This document shows positions 1-10,442 of a DNA stretch of 64,000 nucleotides, piece by piece. Position numbers and translations under genes: made by a program. The notes under the pieces were generated by a model. It was not told the origin of the DNA and ran no database searches. It saw only the letters and a list, made by a program, of their open reading frames with translations. Position 1 is the stretch's first letter. Each line of letters begins with the position of its first letter. Source of the stretch: Dudresnaya verticillata (Eukaryota); contig OZ374563.1 of assembly GCA_977862235.1 (NCBI GenBank), forward strand, positions 992,001 to 1,056,000. The letters are read 5' to 3'.

Positions 1-2
1 TT

Positions 3-1109
3 GCCGGCGCCACCATTGTCAACGTCCCCGGCTTTCGCTTCCCGCTGTACCGCCGCATCACGCTCACGCTGGGCCTGCGCGGCGTGTACTCGGCGCTCAA
101 GGACTTTGACCCCGACGTTATTCACCTGACCACGCCCGGCTTTCTCATCTTTGCCACGCTGCTGTACGCCCGTCTGCTTCGCAAGGCGCTGCTGCTGAGC
201 TACCACACGCATCTCCCGGTGTACACCAAGGACTATGGCCTCGGCATTCTGCAGAGCCTGACGTGGACCATGCTGCGCCTGCAGCACAACCGCGCAGACT
301 TCACGCTGACCACCAGCCCGCAGCTGTGCGAGGAGCTCGTGCAGAACGGCTTTGAGCGCATCGGGCTGTGGCGCAAGGGCATCGACACGGACATTTTCAA
401 TCCGCGCTTCAAGAGCCATTCCATGCGCGTGCGCCTCACAGAAGGCAATCCGGACGACCCGCTGCTCATCTACGTGGGCCGTATTGGGGCTGAGAAGAAC
501 CTCATCTTTTTCAAACAGCTGCTCGAGCGTTTTCCCAAGTGCCGGCTCGCGCTTGTTGGCGACGGGCCTTGCAAGTCGACATTGGAGGAGGAGCTCGCAG
601 GGACCAAGACGTACTTTTCCGGGATCCTGCACGGCGAGGAGCTGAGCCAGGCATTTGCGTCGGCGGACATTTTCGTGATGCCGTCCGAGTCGGAGACGCT
701 AGGCTTTGTGGTGCTCGAGTCGATGGCGTCGGGGGTACCGGTGGTCGGGGCGAAGGCGGGAGGGATCCCGGACATTATTGACGACTCGCGCACGGGCTAC
801 CTGTTCTCGCCCGGGTCGTACGACGAGTGCAGCCAGCGGATCACACAGCTGCTCGGGGACGACGAGCTGCGCGACGACATGGGCAAGGCGGCGCGCGAGG
901 AGGCGCAGCGGTGGTCGTGGCGCGCGTCGGCCGCGGCCACGCGCAACGTGGGGTACGGACGCGCCATCTCCAACTTTAAGTACAGGGCCATGGGCGGGCT
1001 CGGGCTGCCCCGGTCGCTGACTTGGCTGCGCTGGTTCCGTCGCAGGCTGGTGATGCTTCGACTGCGCTTCTTTGGGCAGTTTGGACGGCTCGCCATGCGG
1101 TTCAACTGA
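3..1109 (+). CDS. SQD2: Sulfoquinovosyldiacylglycerol synthase (GT4 glycosyltransferase), 5'-truncated by the window edge
   Basis: Frame is open from base 3 (AGATIVNVPGFRFPLY...), so the track's GTG at 84 is internal. Motifs PDVIHLTTPG, SYHTHLPVY, YVGRIGAEKN, FVMPSESETLGFVVLESMASGVPVV and C-terminal WSWRASAAATRN match SQD2-type GT4 enzymes. Confidence 0.85.
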   Translation, partial: AGATIVNVPGFRFPLYRRITLTLGLRGVYSALKDFDPDVIHLTTPGFLIFATLLYARLLRKALLLSYHTHLPVYTKDYGLGILQSLTWTMLRLQHNRADFTLTTSPQLCEELVQNGFERIGLWRKGIDTDIFNPRFKSHSMRVRLTEGNPDDPLLIYVGRIGAEKNLIFFKQLLERFPKCRLALVGDGPCKSTLEEELAGTKTYFSGILHGEELSQAFASADIFVMPSESETLGFVVLESMASGVPVVGAKAGGIPDIIDDSRTGYLFSPGSYDECSQRITQLLGDDELRDDMGKAAREEAQRWSWRASAAATRNVGYGRAISNFKYRAMGGLGLPRSLTWLRWFRRRLVMLRLRFFGQFGRLAMRFN

Positions 1110-1465
1110 CGAGAGAGTAGAGAGAGTGGTTGGTTGGGGGGGGTTGTGACTGCTGCTTTTCTATGTAGTGCGTGCTTGTGTGTGTGTGTGTGAGGGAGTA
1201 AGTGTTTTTGTTGCAATGGTAGCCGACAGGTTTTTTGTTTGCTTATATGCGGTAAACGGGAAGCGCGTGCGCGGTCGGTGGTGCATACGCAACGCACGGC
1301 GCCTGCCACACCTTTACACGGCCGTCTTACAGACGCCCGCCGTCCGCGCTGCAGCTGTGATCCGTTCCAATCGCAGTCGCGATCAAACGCAACAAAGCCT
1401 CTGCTTTGGACACTATTAGTATCTTAGCGTCACCCACCCCACCGCAACCGCACAACAACCGCACC

Positions 1466-2125
1466 ATGGCCACCCGCACCCGCGCCCTTCTCCGCGCCGC
1501 GCACCGCCTGCGACCCGCGCAGCCCCTCGCCCCGTGCCCCTCGCGCGCCTTGAGCTCCGCCGACGCCGCGCCGCCGCACGCGGGCGCGCTGCCGCGACGC
1601 GCGCCGTCCCCGTCGCCGCGCTCGCCGCCGTCGTCGCCGCCGTCGTCGTCAGCGCCGCCGGCGCGCGCGCGCACGCCGCCGCCGCCGCGCCCGCCGCCGC
1701 CGCGCGCACCCGACCACCCGCGCGCCGAGAGCCCGTTCCGCAGCCTGGCCAAGCTGACGCTGATCGGGCGCACGGGCGCGCCGGCGGACGTGCGCGACTC
1801 GGCCGACGGCGGCCGCGTGCTGTTTCTCAGCGTGGCCACCAACCACCGGGGCGCGGAGCGGCCGGACGGCGAGTGGCCCGTCGAGACGCAGTGGCACCGC
1901 GTCGTGGTGCCGCACGCCACGCCCGGCTTTGCGTTTCTGGCCGAGCTGCCCACCGGCAGCCTGGTATACGTCGAGGGCCAGATGCGCGTTCGGTCCGCGG
2001 AGACGGAGACTGGCATGAGGCAGTTTGTCAACGTGCTTGTCAAGCGTGGGGAGGGCATGGTACGCGTGCTTTCGTCCCCGCGGAGGCTCATGGATGACGA
2101 TGGTAATGTGGAGCTCCCGTTCTAG
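1466..2125 (+). CDS. SSB: Organelle-targeted single-stranded DNA-binding protein (bacterial-type OB fold)
   Basis: First ATG is at 1466 (MATRTRALLRAAHRL..., Arg/Ala/Ser-rich, transit-peptide-like). SSB motifs KLTLIGRTG, LSVATN, ETQWHRVVV, GSLVYVEGQMR; acidic tail DDDGNVELPF ends in the SSB-type PF. Confidence 0.88.
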   Translation: MATRTRALLRAAHRLRPAQPLAPCPSRALSSADAAPPHAGALPRRAPSPSPRSPPSSPPSSSAPPARARTPPPPRPPPPRAPDHPRAESPFRSLAKLTLIGRTGAPADVRDSADGGRVLFLSVATNHRGAERPDGEWPVETQWHRVVVPHATPGFAFLAELPTGSLVYVEGQMRVRSAETETGMRQFVNVLVKRGEGMVRVLSSPRRLMDDDGNVELPF

Positions 2126-2939
2126 GAAGGCACCCGGCTTGTGCGCTGCGGATGCACGTGCTACTCGGGGATGAAGTGATCGCTTTACCCAGACAGACTA
2201 TTATGATTATTATTGCAGAGAGATGCCCACGTCCCAGTGCTTTTGTCAATGCGACGGGGATCACCCCGAAGCGTGTACCTACGCACCATCAAACATGTCA
2301 CGGGGGCCATTTCGCCTGCTCCTCCAATGCAGCGCAAAGCGCATACTTTGGGAGAAAGCACGCCGCTTGCGAAAAGGACTTACTCATATTCTTATCCGCT
2401 GCTATCGACCTATCTTTTCTTTTTTGTGCCCTTCTCGACCACTCTTCTCTGACCTCTTGTGCCTATGCAGGTCTCAAGTTAGATGTGGCAACGCCTTGTC
2501 AAGCTTCCCGTACAAGCAAATCATGCCCTTGGCTTATTGTGTCGGATAGGATCTGTGCATTTCCACAAAGCTGTCTTATCACAGCCCGCCAGCTGTTTCT
2601 CCCCTTGCCGCACCGCCCACGATGCGCTCAAGGGAGTAACGTTTTGTGCACATGCCTTTTTCTGCATGTGCGTTCCGACCGATTGCCAGTGGAAGACGGA
2701 TACCGCTCCCACAATGGGGGGGCACAGTTTCCCGTTTCACCTCTCCAACCGACCGAGGCTTTGAAAAGGCCACAGTCTGCGCAGGACGAGGGGTAAACGA
2801 CGGGGGACACCTCAAGGCATAAATAAAGCCGTATATACACAATGCCATCGCTCACTTCTACGGGTGGGGAAAACACGAACAAGCATGTGAGATCGAGCAC
2901 GACACGGCACGACCCCAAATGCACGTCGTCGCAACACTA

Positions 2940-3521
2940 CTATGTGCCGTCCGCAAACTTGTCTTCCATTTTTGTCGTACTAGCTGCGCGCAGGCCCGCG
3001 CTGCCATCTGCCACGGCCTTGTCCTCTTTTGAGACGGTTGCGCCACCTGTGCCTGTAGACGCTGCGACCGTCCCGTCATCAGCCTCGCCAGCTCCTGTGC
3101 CGCCCATGACTGTATCGCGCCCGGGCTGATGCGATCTTGAAGAGGCTGCTGGTACAGTCGATGACGCCGCAGCAGCTTCCGCACCGTACTGAGGCCCCGC
3201 CGTACCCGGTGCCGTATGCATCACTTGCTGTCCCGACAGGAAGAGCATGCGCAACACGAGGTACTCTGCAGCACGGTTCATAGCCTCCTGTTCGGGCGTT
3301 GGGGGAACGTGTGGATTCGAGGCCTTATTACTCAATGACAGCAGTGCGTCCCGCAGACAAAGGCGGGCGCTGATATCCAACGTACCAATGCTCGACTCGA
3401 GCCGTCTGACGACATTCAAAAGGTCAGAATCCCGTCTCGACAATGGGGCAGTCGGGTTTACACCCGGAGTGCCACTAGCTGCAGGGCCCGATGTAGCAGC
3501 TGCGGCGGCGGCGGCGGCGGC

Positions 3522-3554
<33 letters not shown>

Positions 3555-4388
3555 TGGTGGTGGTGGTGGTGGTGGTGGGGGGTAGGATGGGTCAGCCCTT
3601 ACTGATGGCGAGGCAGTGACAGTAGGCGGTTGCATGGGACCAGTGGTGGGCGGTAGAGCGGGTGAGGTGGGAGGTCGGGAGGTAGTGACCGTGGCGGGGC
3701 GGTCGGCAGCACGTTGTCGTCGACACGCGGCCTCGTGCCTACGGAAATTTGCGCCGTTGGTGGAGATGTTCTTGCCGCAGAGCGAGCACATGGCGGTTGG
3801 AACGCGTTGCTTTGCAGCGGCTGCACCGGGCAGCGGCGGGGTTCGGGCCGAGGCGCGATCTGACGAGGGTTTTGGGGTGGGCGGGTGGTGGTGCGACGAT
3901 TGCGGCGGATGTGGCGGGGGGGACTTTGACGCGGGGGGACGCAGGTCGGGCTGGGATGTGGATGTGGTGGCGGTTGTGGCGCGGCCGTCCAGACTGACTT
4001 GGACCTCGTTCTCCGAGGACGGGGACATGGCGACAGAAGGCGGGTTGTGGTGGTGGGGCGATGCGGTGGGGGGGGCTGGGGAGGCGTGGGCGGCAGATGC
4101 GGGGACCGAGGCGGTCGCGAGTGACTGGGCGGCGGCGGCCGAGGCGGGAGCGGGGTTGGGGTTGGGGTCGATGTAGTGGAGCGGGAGGGAGCCGTAGGCG
4201 GAGGAAGGGTTGTAGAAGTCCGGGGCAAGGGCGTCGAGGTGCCAGTCGGGGGCGTCGGACGCCGCGGCAAGGTTGAGCAGCATGCGGTCCATGGCATCGG
4301 GGTCGACGGGGGTGTCGTCAAAGCCGTCCAGCGTGGAGAAGACAGCGGACGAGTCACGCGGCGGGGCGGGCGCGCCGCCATCTGACAT
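2940..4388 (-). CDS. Pro/Ala-rich putative nuclear protein with a C2HC zinc finger and an LNK-like C-terminal domain (482 aa)
   Basis: Likely start is MSDGGAPA at 4388; the longer upstream ORF is GC-rich read-through. Finger CSLC-x13-H-x3-C at 3723-3788. Helical block RRLESSIGTLDISARLCLRDALLSL...VLRMLF at ~3238-3425. Confidence 0.75.
3496..3583. repeat. Coding trinucleotide repeats (GCG/GCA)n then (GGT)n, encoding poly-Ala and poly-Pro on the minus strand
   Basis: gcagctgcggcggcg...gcagcagca followed by ggtggtggt... is visible directly. Confidence 0.9.
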
Positions 4389-5540
4389 GGCGGGGTCTCG
4401 GGGCGGCGGGCGGGTCTCAGCCGGGGCGCGGGCGCGGCGGCGATGGGGACTGAGTGCAGCGCGCGGCGGCGCGCATGCTTCTGCCGGGCGCGGCGCGGGC
4501 GGGGGAGGGGGGGAGAGAGGGGAGGGGAGGGGAGGGGAGGGCGGCGGGGGTAGCGGACGTGTGGCGTGGCGGTGGTGGTGGTGGTGGTGCGAGGCGCGGG
4601 TGTACGCACGAGTGTGTGCGAGCGTGCGTACGTGTGCGCGCCAACGTGTGTGTGCGTGCGGGGGGGGGCGGGAGGCCCGCCGGAGGGCAGGGCGGGTGCG
4701 CGCGCGCGCGGGGGGGGGGGGCCGCGCGGGCGGCGAGACGGGCGCGGCGGGCGCGGGGGACGCGCGGTGGGCGCGTGAGATGCGGGCGGCCGCGCAAGAC
4801 ACGCCGGGCGCGTGTGTGGCCGGCGCGCGGCGCGCGGCGCGCAACGTGCGGCGCGCAGCGGCCGGCGCGGGCGCATCTGGCGCAGAGATTGCGCGCGCGG
4901 CCGCGCCGTTGGCGCACCTGGCGCGGCGCCGCCCATACAGACTGCGCGGCGCGCCGAAGCGGCGCGCCGCTTCGCGCGGCCGCGCCGCGCCATTGGCTGG
5001 CGCGCAGGCCGCCGGCGCTTCGCGCGCGCGCGGACGGGCGCGCAGTGGCGCTTCGCTTCGCGCGGCTGCAGTGGCTGCGCTGTCGGGCGCGGCGAGCAAA
5101 GGCAGAAGCGAAGACTGCGCGCACATACTGTACTGTGCTGTACAGCGCGGCAGCATTGTTGTTGGATCACACGTGTGTGATGCCAACACTGCTTTCGCGC
5201 GCTGCCGGCGGGCGCGGAGCAGTGACATGTTGGCATGCGCGTGCTGTCGTTGACCGCACTCGCGTTGTGACTCTGTTGTGTGGCGCGGTGCCGTACTGCA
5301 GCCTGATATGCGCGACTAGTTTGCAACGTCCAGAGTGCGGCTGCAAAAGGTGACTTTTGCGGCACATTGGTGGCAGTTGTTGATAGCGCCTACCTTCACC
5401 GACCTGCCACGCCGCACCCCCAACATATCAATCGCGATCGCAACGCCGCAGCACCTTTTCGGTCGCGGCCCCGCGCCAACGCAGTCCACACTTCCCATTT
5501 CCAAACCGCAACGCTTGCCAATGCCCGCCCACGACGCGCC

Positions 5541-6287
5541 ATGCCGCCCATCGCCGCGCTCAACGCGACGCTCGGCTCGGCCGCGAGCGCCGCGCCGCTG
5601 CCGACCGGGCTGCGCGCGCTGGACGCGCACCTGTGCGGCGGCGTGTTCCCGGGCGCGCTGACCGAGGTGTGCGGCGCGCCGGCGTCGGGCAAGACGTCGC
5701 TGGTGGCCGCGCTGGCCGCGTCGGCGCTGGCGCGCGGCGGCGAGGCGCTGCTGCTGGACTGCGACGGCGGCGTCGCCGCGCCGCGCCTGGCGCAGGCCGT
5801 CGCCGCGCGCGCCGCGCCCGCGCCCGCGCCCACCTGGCAGGCGCTGTCGCGCGTGCGCGTGGCGCGCGTCACGTCGTGGCGCGCGCTTGTGTCGTGCGTG
5901 GCGCACCTGCTGCCGGCCGAGCTGCGCCGCCGCCGCGGCAGGGTGCGCTTGGTTGCTGTCGACTCGCTGGCCTTTCTGTTTCGTGCGGCGGGAAGCAACG
6001 CGCGGGTGAGGCAGTTGGACACGTTTGCTATGCGTCTTGCCGCCATCGCGGCTGAGTTTCGCCTGTGCGTCGTTGTCGTTAATCACGCGCGCAGCTTGCA
6101 TCATGGCGCTGTCGTCGTCCCTGCCATGGGTGAGACGTGGCGCCATGCCTGCGAAACTCGCCTTTGCTTGTCGACGGATCCCCGGCGCCGCCACTTTGTC
6201 GAGGTGATCAAAAGCCCTGTGGTGGCTCCGAGCAAGTTTCGCTTCATTATCACAGAGCGAGGTCTCGAGCATCTGCATGACGAGTGA
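5541..6287 (+). CDS. RAD51C: RAD51 paralog, most like RAD51C (248 aa)
   Basis: ATG at 5541. LPTGLRALDAHLCGG, Walker A GAPASGKT, Walker B LVAVDSLAFLFR, VVVVNH, and VPAMGETWRHACETRL resembling the RAD51C PALGESWGHA motif. RAD51B/D/XRCC3 are not fully excluded. Confidence 0.75.
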   Translation: MPPIAALNATLGSAASAAPLPTGLRALDAHLCGGVFPGALTEVCGAPASGKTSLVAALAASALARGGEALLLDCDGGVAAPRLAQAVAARAAPAPAPTWQALSRVRVARVTSWRALVSCVAHLLPAELRRRRGRVRLVAVDSLAFLFRAAGSNARVRQLDTFAMRLAAIAAEFRLCVVVVNHARSLHHGAVVVPAMGETWRHACETRLCLSTDPRRRHFVEVIKSPVVAPSKFRFIITERGLEHLHDE

Positions 6288-6371
6288 CGCGCTGCCGTTC
6301 CGAGGTTGCCATTATCCATACTTGGGAGAGACGAGTTAAAAAAGTTTACGCGGCTGCGTTTCTAATACTAC

Positions 6372-7781
6372 TTACGTGCTGCTTCCAGCAGCATCAGGAC
6401 CCTTTCCGAGCACAAGATCCTTCCCGAAGATACGCCGGTAAACGTCGAAAACATCGTCCACGGTTGTTTCAAAGTGTGTCGTAGCATCGTAACTCTTCGT
6501 GATATAACATTTGTCCGCTCTCCCGTCCGCTGCAGGCTCGTACAGATCTTCAACTGCAACGAAAGACTGCACAATATCACCGAGTAGATCCGTCCCAGGT
6601 CGCAGCTCTTCTTCTGCATTGTCCGTCTCAACTGTTGTGGACACGAGTGCTAGGAACTTGTCATCCGGCGTTGTCTTGTGGTTGCCTGAGAGTACAAGCA
6701 CATAAATGTCGTTCTTTCGTGAGGGTGAAACTTGCCCAGCTGGAATAATAATCTGGCACGACGTCGACTCACGCGTGTTCGGCGGTGGGCTGTTCAAAAT
6801 ACAATACTTTCGTACAACCTTTCCCGTGTGAACAGTCTTACCCGTAAAGTAGCTCGGGTCACCCGCAACAAAGTCACATTTGGCAACCTTATCACCCGAT
6901 CGGATGCCGCAAGCGACCCCATTGTCATAGAGGATCTCGTCAATAGGTGTGTGCAACATATATGTACCACCGTTCACGGCAGCCAGACGGGCAAAGGCCT
7001 GAGGCAACTCTCCAAGCCCATAAAGAGGGTACAGGTAAGGAGAGCGACCGTGGCGCGCGAGAGACATAGCATAGAGCTGGATGCGCATCACTGTTGGGCC
7101 AGCTGGATAATCCATATAGGAATCGTCGCGGTAGAGCGCCAATGCGTGCCCGACAAAACTGATGGTATCCTTCTGCAGCCCAAAGTACTTGTAGAGCTCA
7201 CTCATGGTCATCGTATTGAGGTCAAGCCCGCCATGCGTTGAAGCGTCGTTTGGATCATAGTGGTTGACAAACGAGAAAAAGCTACGGCAGCGATTCTTCT
7301 CGAAGAGGCCCATCAGGCTAGAAGTCATCGCCTCCCTCGGCGATGCGGGAACCTTGTGAGGGCGCTCTCCGCTGAAGACAAACGAGCCGTCAACAAGCTT
7401 GAACTCGAGGTAGCGGGTGACTCCAGTATGGACGAGCATATTTACCATGTTGCCTCCGGCCATGATGAACTTTGGGATGAGGTCGATGTTGTAGTCGCGG
7501 GTGCGGCCGAGGACTTGCTCGTTCGGCGGACCGGCGCCGGACTTGTACGCATCGTACATCTGCTGCATATTGAGACTGGCACAAGCGGCGCCGTAGTAGT
7601 CATTGCGGTCGCAGTGTAGCACGCGCTTGCCGCCCACGCTAAGGATTCCAGATAGGATACACTCCGTCAGTCCCGTTCCCAACACGACGGCGTCGTACTC
7701 GCCGTCTGCCAGCTTCTCGTACTCCTTGCCACCGATAGTGAGCTTGTTCGCCATCTCGGCGACCTCTGCAACGTCATCCAT
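6372..7781 (-). CDS. GDI1: Rab GDP-dissociation inhibitor
   Basis: EYDAVVLGTGLTECILSG, DRNDYYG, RDYNIDLIPKF, SPYLYPLYGLGELPQAFARLAAVNGGTYML, SYDATTHFETT. Confidence 0.97.
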   Translation of the reverse strand: MDDVAEVAEMANKLTIGGKEYEKLADGEYDAVVLGTGLTECILSGILSVGGKRVLHCDRNDYYGAACASLNMQQMYDAYKSGAGPPNEQVLGRTRDYNIDLIPKFIMAGGNMVNMLVHTGVTRYLEFKLVDGSFVFSGERPHKVPASPREAMTSSLMGLFEKNRCRSFFSFVNHYDPNDASTHGGLDLNTMTMSELYKYFGLQKDTISFVGHALALYRDDSYMDYPAGPTVMRIQLYAMSLARHGRSPYLYPLYGLGELPQAFARLAAVNGGTYMLHTPIDEILYDNGVACGIRSGDKVAKCDFVAGDPSYFTGKTVHTGKVVRKYCILNSPPPNTRESTSCQIIIPAGQVSPSRKNDIYVLVLSGNHKTTPDDKFLALVSTTVETDNAEEELRPGTDLLGDIVQSFVAVEDLYEPAADGRADKCYITKSYDATTHFETTVDDVFDVYRRIFGKDLVLGKGPDAAGSST

Positions 7782-8321
7782 ACTCGGTTGGCAATGACGC
7801 TTAACGAGCTGAAATCGGATTGAGACGATGGGTGCTGTTCGATAGGAAGACCGGTGCCGCGGTCAGATGGGTCTGTTGATGTGTAGTTCCAACAGCGATA
7901 ACAAGCGTCCCGGCCTGCAATGGGCGATCACGCGATTTGTCAGCATAGCCGTTCTTGTATCAGGCACGTGGCGCATTGCGTCAAATCAGCCGTTTTGAGG
8001 GGTCCCCTCGCACAGCCCTTTTATTTAAGCGGGCGACTTATTTGCACTAATGTGTGACGTGATCCAAACCTCAAGATCTGGACTTGTCTTTGGCCGAACC
8101 AACACCTCTAAACGCACAGGCGCACTTGTGTCAATGCCTTCCTACGGCGGGCAACGCAACAGACAATAGTGCCTTCGCGAGAGTCTCATCCAGACTGTCA
8201 GCGCTGAGTCTAGTGACCGGGCGCAAATCTGCGGTCGGCCGAGTTGTTCAAACAAGCAGGACGGTAAACCAAACCACAAAACCGTGAGAAGCAAGCTGCC
8301 TCTATTCTTAACCCAACAACC

Positions 8322-9239
8322 ATGGAAGTTCCCAAGCCAAGCCTCTCCCCTTTCATTTCAGTCACCCAAATGGACCCGTCCAAGCCCTCACCAAAGCTAC
8401 GCATCCTGTTGCTCTCAGACCTGCACGCCATCCCGCAGCGCGTTGCACAACTTTCCGAGTGGCTTTCTAACAACAACTACGCCTTTTCAATTGATCTCAT
8501 CCTAGTCATTGGCGTGTCCCGTCCACACAACCGTACCGACCTCAAGCATGTTGACTTAGCAGAACAAGGAAACGACTCCGCGGCAGTTGCCGAGCTGGAG
8601 CAGATCTGCCCACGAGTCATTCACGTTCCCGGGCTGCACGAAGCCGGTGCGTCTTGGGAGGCGCACTATCCGCCTCTCCTTACCCCGTCTTCCGTTAACG
8701 CCATCGCCGGCCCGGTCCATGTCGCACCTGACCTTCTTGTCGTTCATCGCCGTTACGCAGATGGACTCACGGAGAAGCCAATACAGCAACTCCCAGTCCC
8801 ATGGAAGAACACCCTCTACTCAAAACTTACTCGGCCAAAGCGGTTTCGTACCCCAAAGCACAAGTCTGCTGTCGTACTATGTAGCAGCCAACTGCCCAAC
8901 CAAGGCTCCTCTTCCAAGTCACTCGCATTTTTGAGGACTGTCCGTTCTCTTCTTTCGGTCAACAGACACCCAATTCCAGACCTTGACTGCATCCTTGCTA
9001 TTGCTCCGCCGAAAATGCAACGCGTGCCAAGCTCTTCACAGGTCCTAAAAACCTGCGAACGAACGCTTGATCCAGGTTCATTCACTGACGGCGGAGATTT
9101 CTGGATCATTGATCTGGAGCGACCTACTGTCTGGGATCCACTTGAGGAACCTGAGGTCGACGAGGACCAACTTGAGTACGAAAGCGCGTGGGAGGTCAAG
9201 AAGACGACAAAATACAATATCAATAGTTCACCGTCATAA
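8322..9239 (+). CDS. Hypothetical protein with a degenerate calcineurin-like metallophosphoesterase fold
   Basis: 305-aa ATG-started ORF. LRILLLSDLH matches motif I (DxH), IDLILVIG occupies the GD position, and VIHVPGLHE occupies the GNH[DE] position. Confidence 0.6.
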   Translation: MEVPKPSLSPFISVTQMDPSKPSPKLRILLLSDLHAIPQRVAQLSEWLSNNNYAFSIDLILVIGVSRPHNRTDLKHVDLAEQGNDSAAVAELEQICPRVIHVPGLHEAGASWEAHYPPLLTPSSVNAIAGPVHVAPDLLVVHRRYADGLTEKPIQQLPVPWKNTLYSKLTRPKRFRTPKHKSAVVLCSSQLPNQGSSSKSLAFLRTVRSLLSVNRHPIPDLDCILAIAPPKMQRVPSSSQVLKTCERTLDPGSFTDGGDFWIIDLERPTVWDPLEEPEVDEDQLEYESAWEVKKTTKYNINSSPS

Positions 9240-9296
9240 GAATTGTGCGTTTTCGTATCGTCAAGACAACCCCTTGGAGGACAACACAGGCCGTAT

Positions 9297-10442
9297 CTAT
9301 GAGTCCGTTGACGCCGCACTATCAAACTCGAAATTCCATATTCGTACAAGGCCATCGTCTCCGCAAGATGCCAAAACTGAAGATTCGATGGGGTGCCATG
9401 AGACGCGATTGACGTCGCCAGAGTGCGCTCGCTGCTCCACAGCAACGACCTTACATTCTTCCGTCAAGGTGGACTTGACAGGCTCCTCAGCGTGATCCTC
9501 ATTGCGTTCTGAACTTGCACTCGCCTTGGCATGCATTGTGCTCTCGTCTGAACCCTTTGAGTTCAGACTCGATTTGACTTCTTCCGATGCCAATCGCATG
9601 AGCACCCGAATGGTATCATCTCCGCCGCCAGTGACTATTAACCCATTGCTCTTGCTCCAGTCGACTGAATAAATGGGTCCGTCATGAAGACTCTGCGTCC
9701 TTGCGACGACCTTGAAACACGGATGTGCCCCTATGACATGACTCGGAGGATCCTCTCTTTTCCAGACGATCAGACCGCCATCGTCCGATACAGTAGCCAT
9801 TCTCCCACCCTCGCCGTCAAACGCAGCTGACCACACCGTCCCATTATGAGCAGCTAAGGTCTCTGAACAGAACCAGTCGTCAGCATCCTCTACCCACACT
9901 TTCATAGTGCCATCATAACTGCACGACACAAGCATCTCAACAGACGGGTGCCACACAACCATCTTAACATCGGCGGAATGGCCGTTTAGCACCGCAATAC
10001 ACTCGTAGTCAAAATCGAGCCCGACTTCCCAGATCCAGACGCTCTTATCCCTTGAGCAACTGGCAAGTAGCCCGCCCGAGGAACTGTACGCGACACCCTT
10101 TACTTCGCTATCGTGCCCCTCCAGCGACACGGCAGCCTCCAGCTTTGGATTCTTCCCACCCATCAGCTCCAGGACAAACGCTGTGGCATCGAAGCCGGCC
10201 ACAGCCAGTGAGCGCCCATCCACTGCCCACGACACGTCCCTCACTGCACGCAGGAAGGTGCCTTCATCATAGGTGGCCACGCAAGTCCAAACGGCAGTAG
10301 TTACAGCTTTCCCTGCTGCATGCCACACGCGTACGCTTTTGTCTGACCCGCAAGATGCCAGAAGACCCCGTCGAGACCAGGAAAGCGACCACACCACGCC
10401 ATTATGGCCACGAAGGGTTGACACAAGCTGCAGCGAACCCAT
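9297..10442 (-). CDS. CIA1: Cytosolic Fe-S assembly WD40 protein CIA1/CIAO1
   Basis: ATG at 10442. Signature LEGHDSEVKGVAYS, ASCSRDKSVWIWE, YECIAVLNGHSADVKMVVWHP, SCSYDGTMKVW, AHSGDVNRVSWHP, LASCGDDGLVRIW. Confidence 0.95.
   Translation of the reverse strand: MGSLQLVSTLRGHNGVVWSLSWSRRGLLASCGSDKSVRVWHAAGKAVTTAVWTCVATYDEGTFLRAVRDVSWAVDGRSLAVAGFDATAFVLELMGGKNPKLEAAVSLEGHDSEVKGVAYSSSGGLLASCSRDKSVWIWEVGLDFDYECIAVLNGHSADVKMVVWHPSVEMLVSCSYDGTMKVWVEDADDWFCSETLAAHNGTVWSAAFDGEGGRMATVSDDGGLIVWKREDPPSHVIGAHPCFKVVARTQSLHDGPIYSVDWSKSNGLIVTGGGDDTIRVLMRLASEEVKSSLNSKGSDESTMHAKASASSERNEDHAEEPVKSTLTEECKVVAVEQRAHSGDVNRVSWHPIESSVLASCGDDGLVRIWNFEFDSAASTDS

Noticed and set aside
2152..2924. 214-aa ORF and smaller ORFs between SSB and the zinc-finger gene
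   Set aside because: Cys/Leu-rich random-looking translations with no motifs; probably convergent 3' UTR or intergenic DNA.
5193..5200. E2F-like TTTCGCGC upstream of the RAD51C-like gene
   Set aside because: Plausible, but a single 8-mer in CG-rich DNA is not enough support.
4389..5540. Long overlapping Arg/Ala/Pro-rich ORFs on both strands, including N-terminal extensions of the 762-aa and 306-aa ORFs
   Set aside because: Extreme GC content suppresses stop codons; no domains, mostly non-ATG starts. Best read as divergent promoter and UTR.
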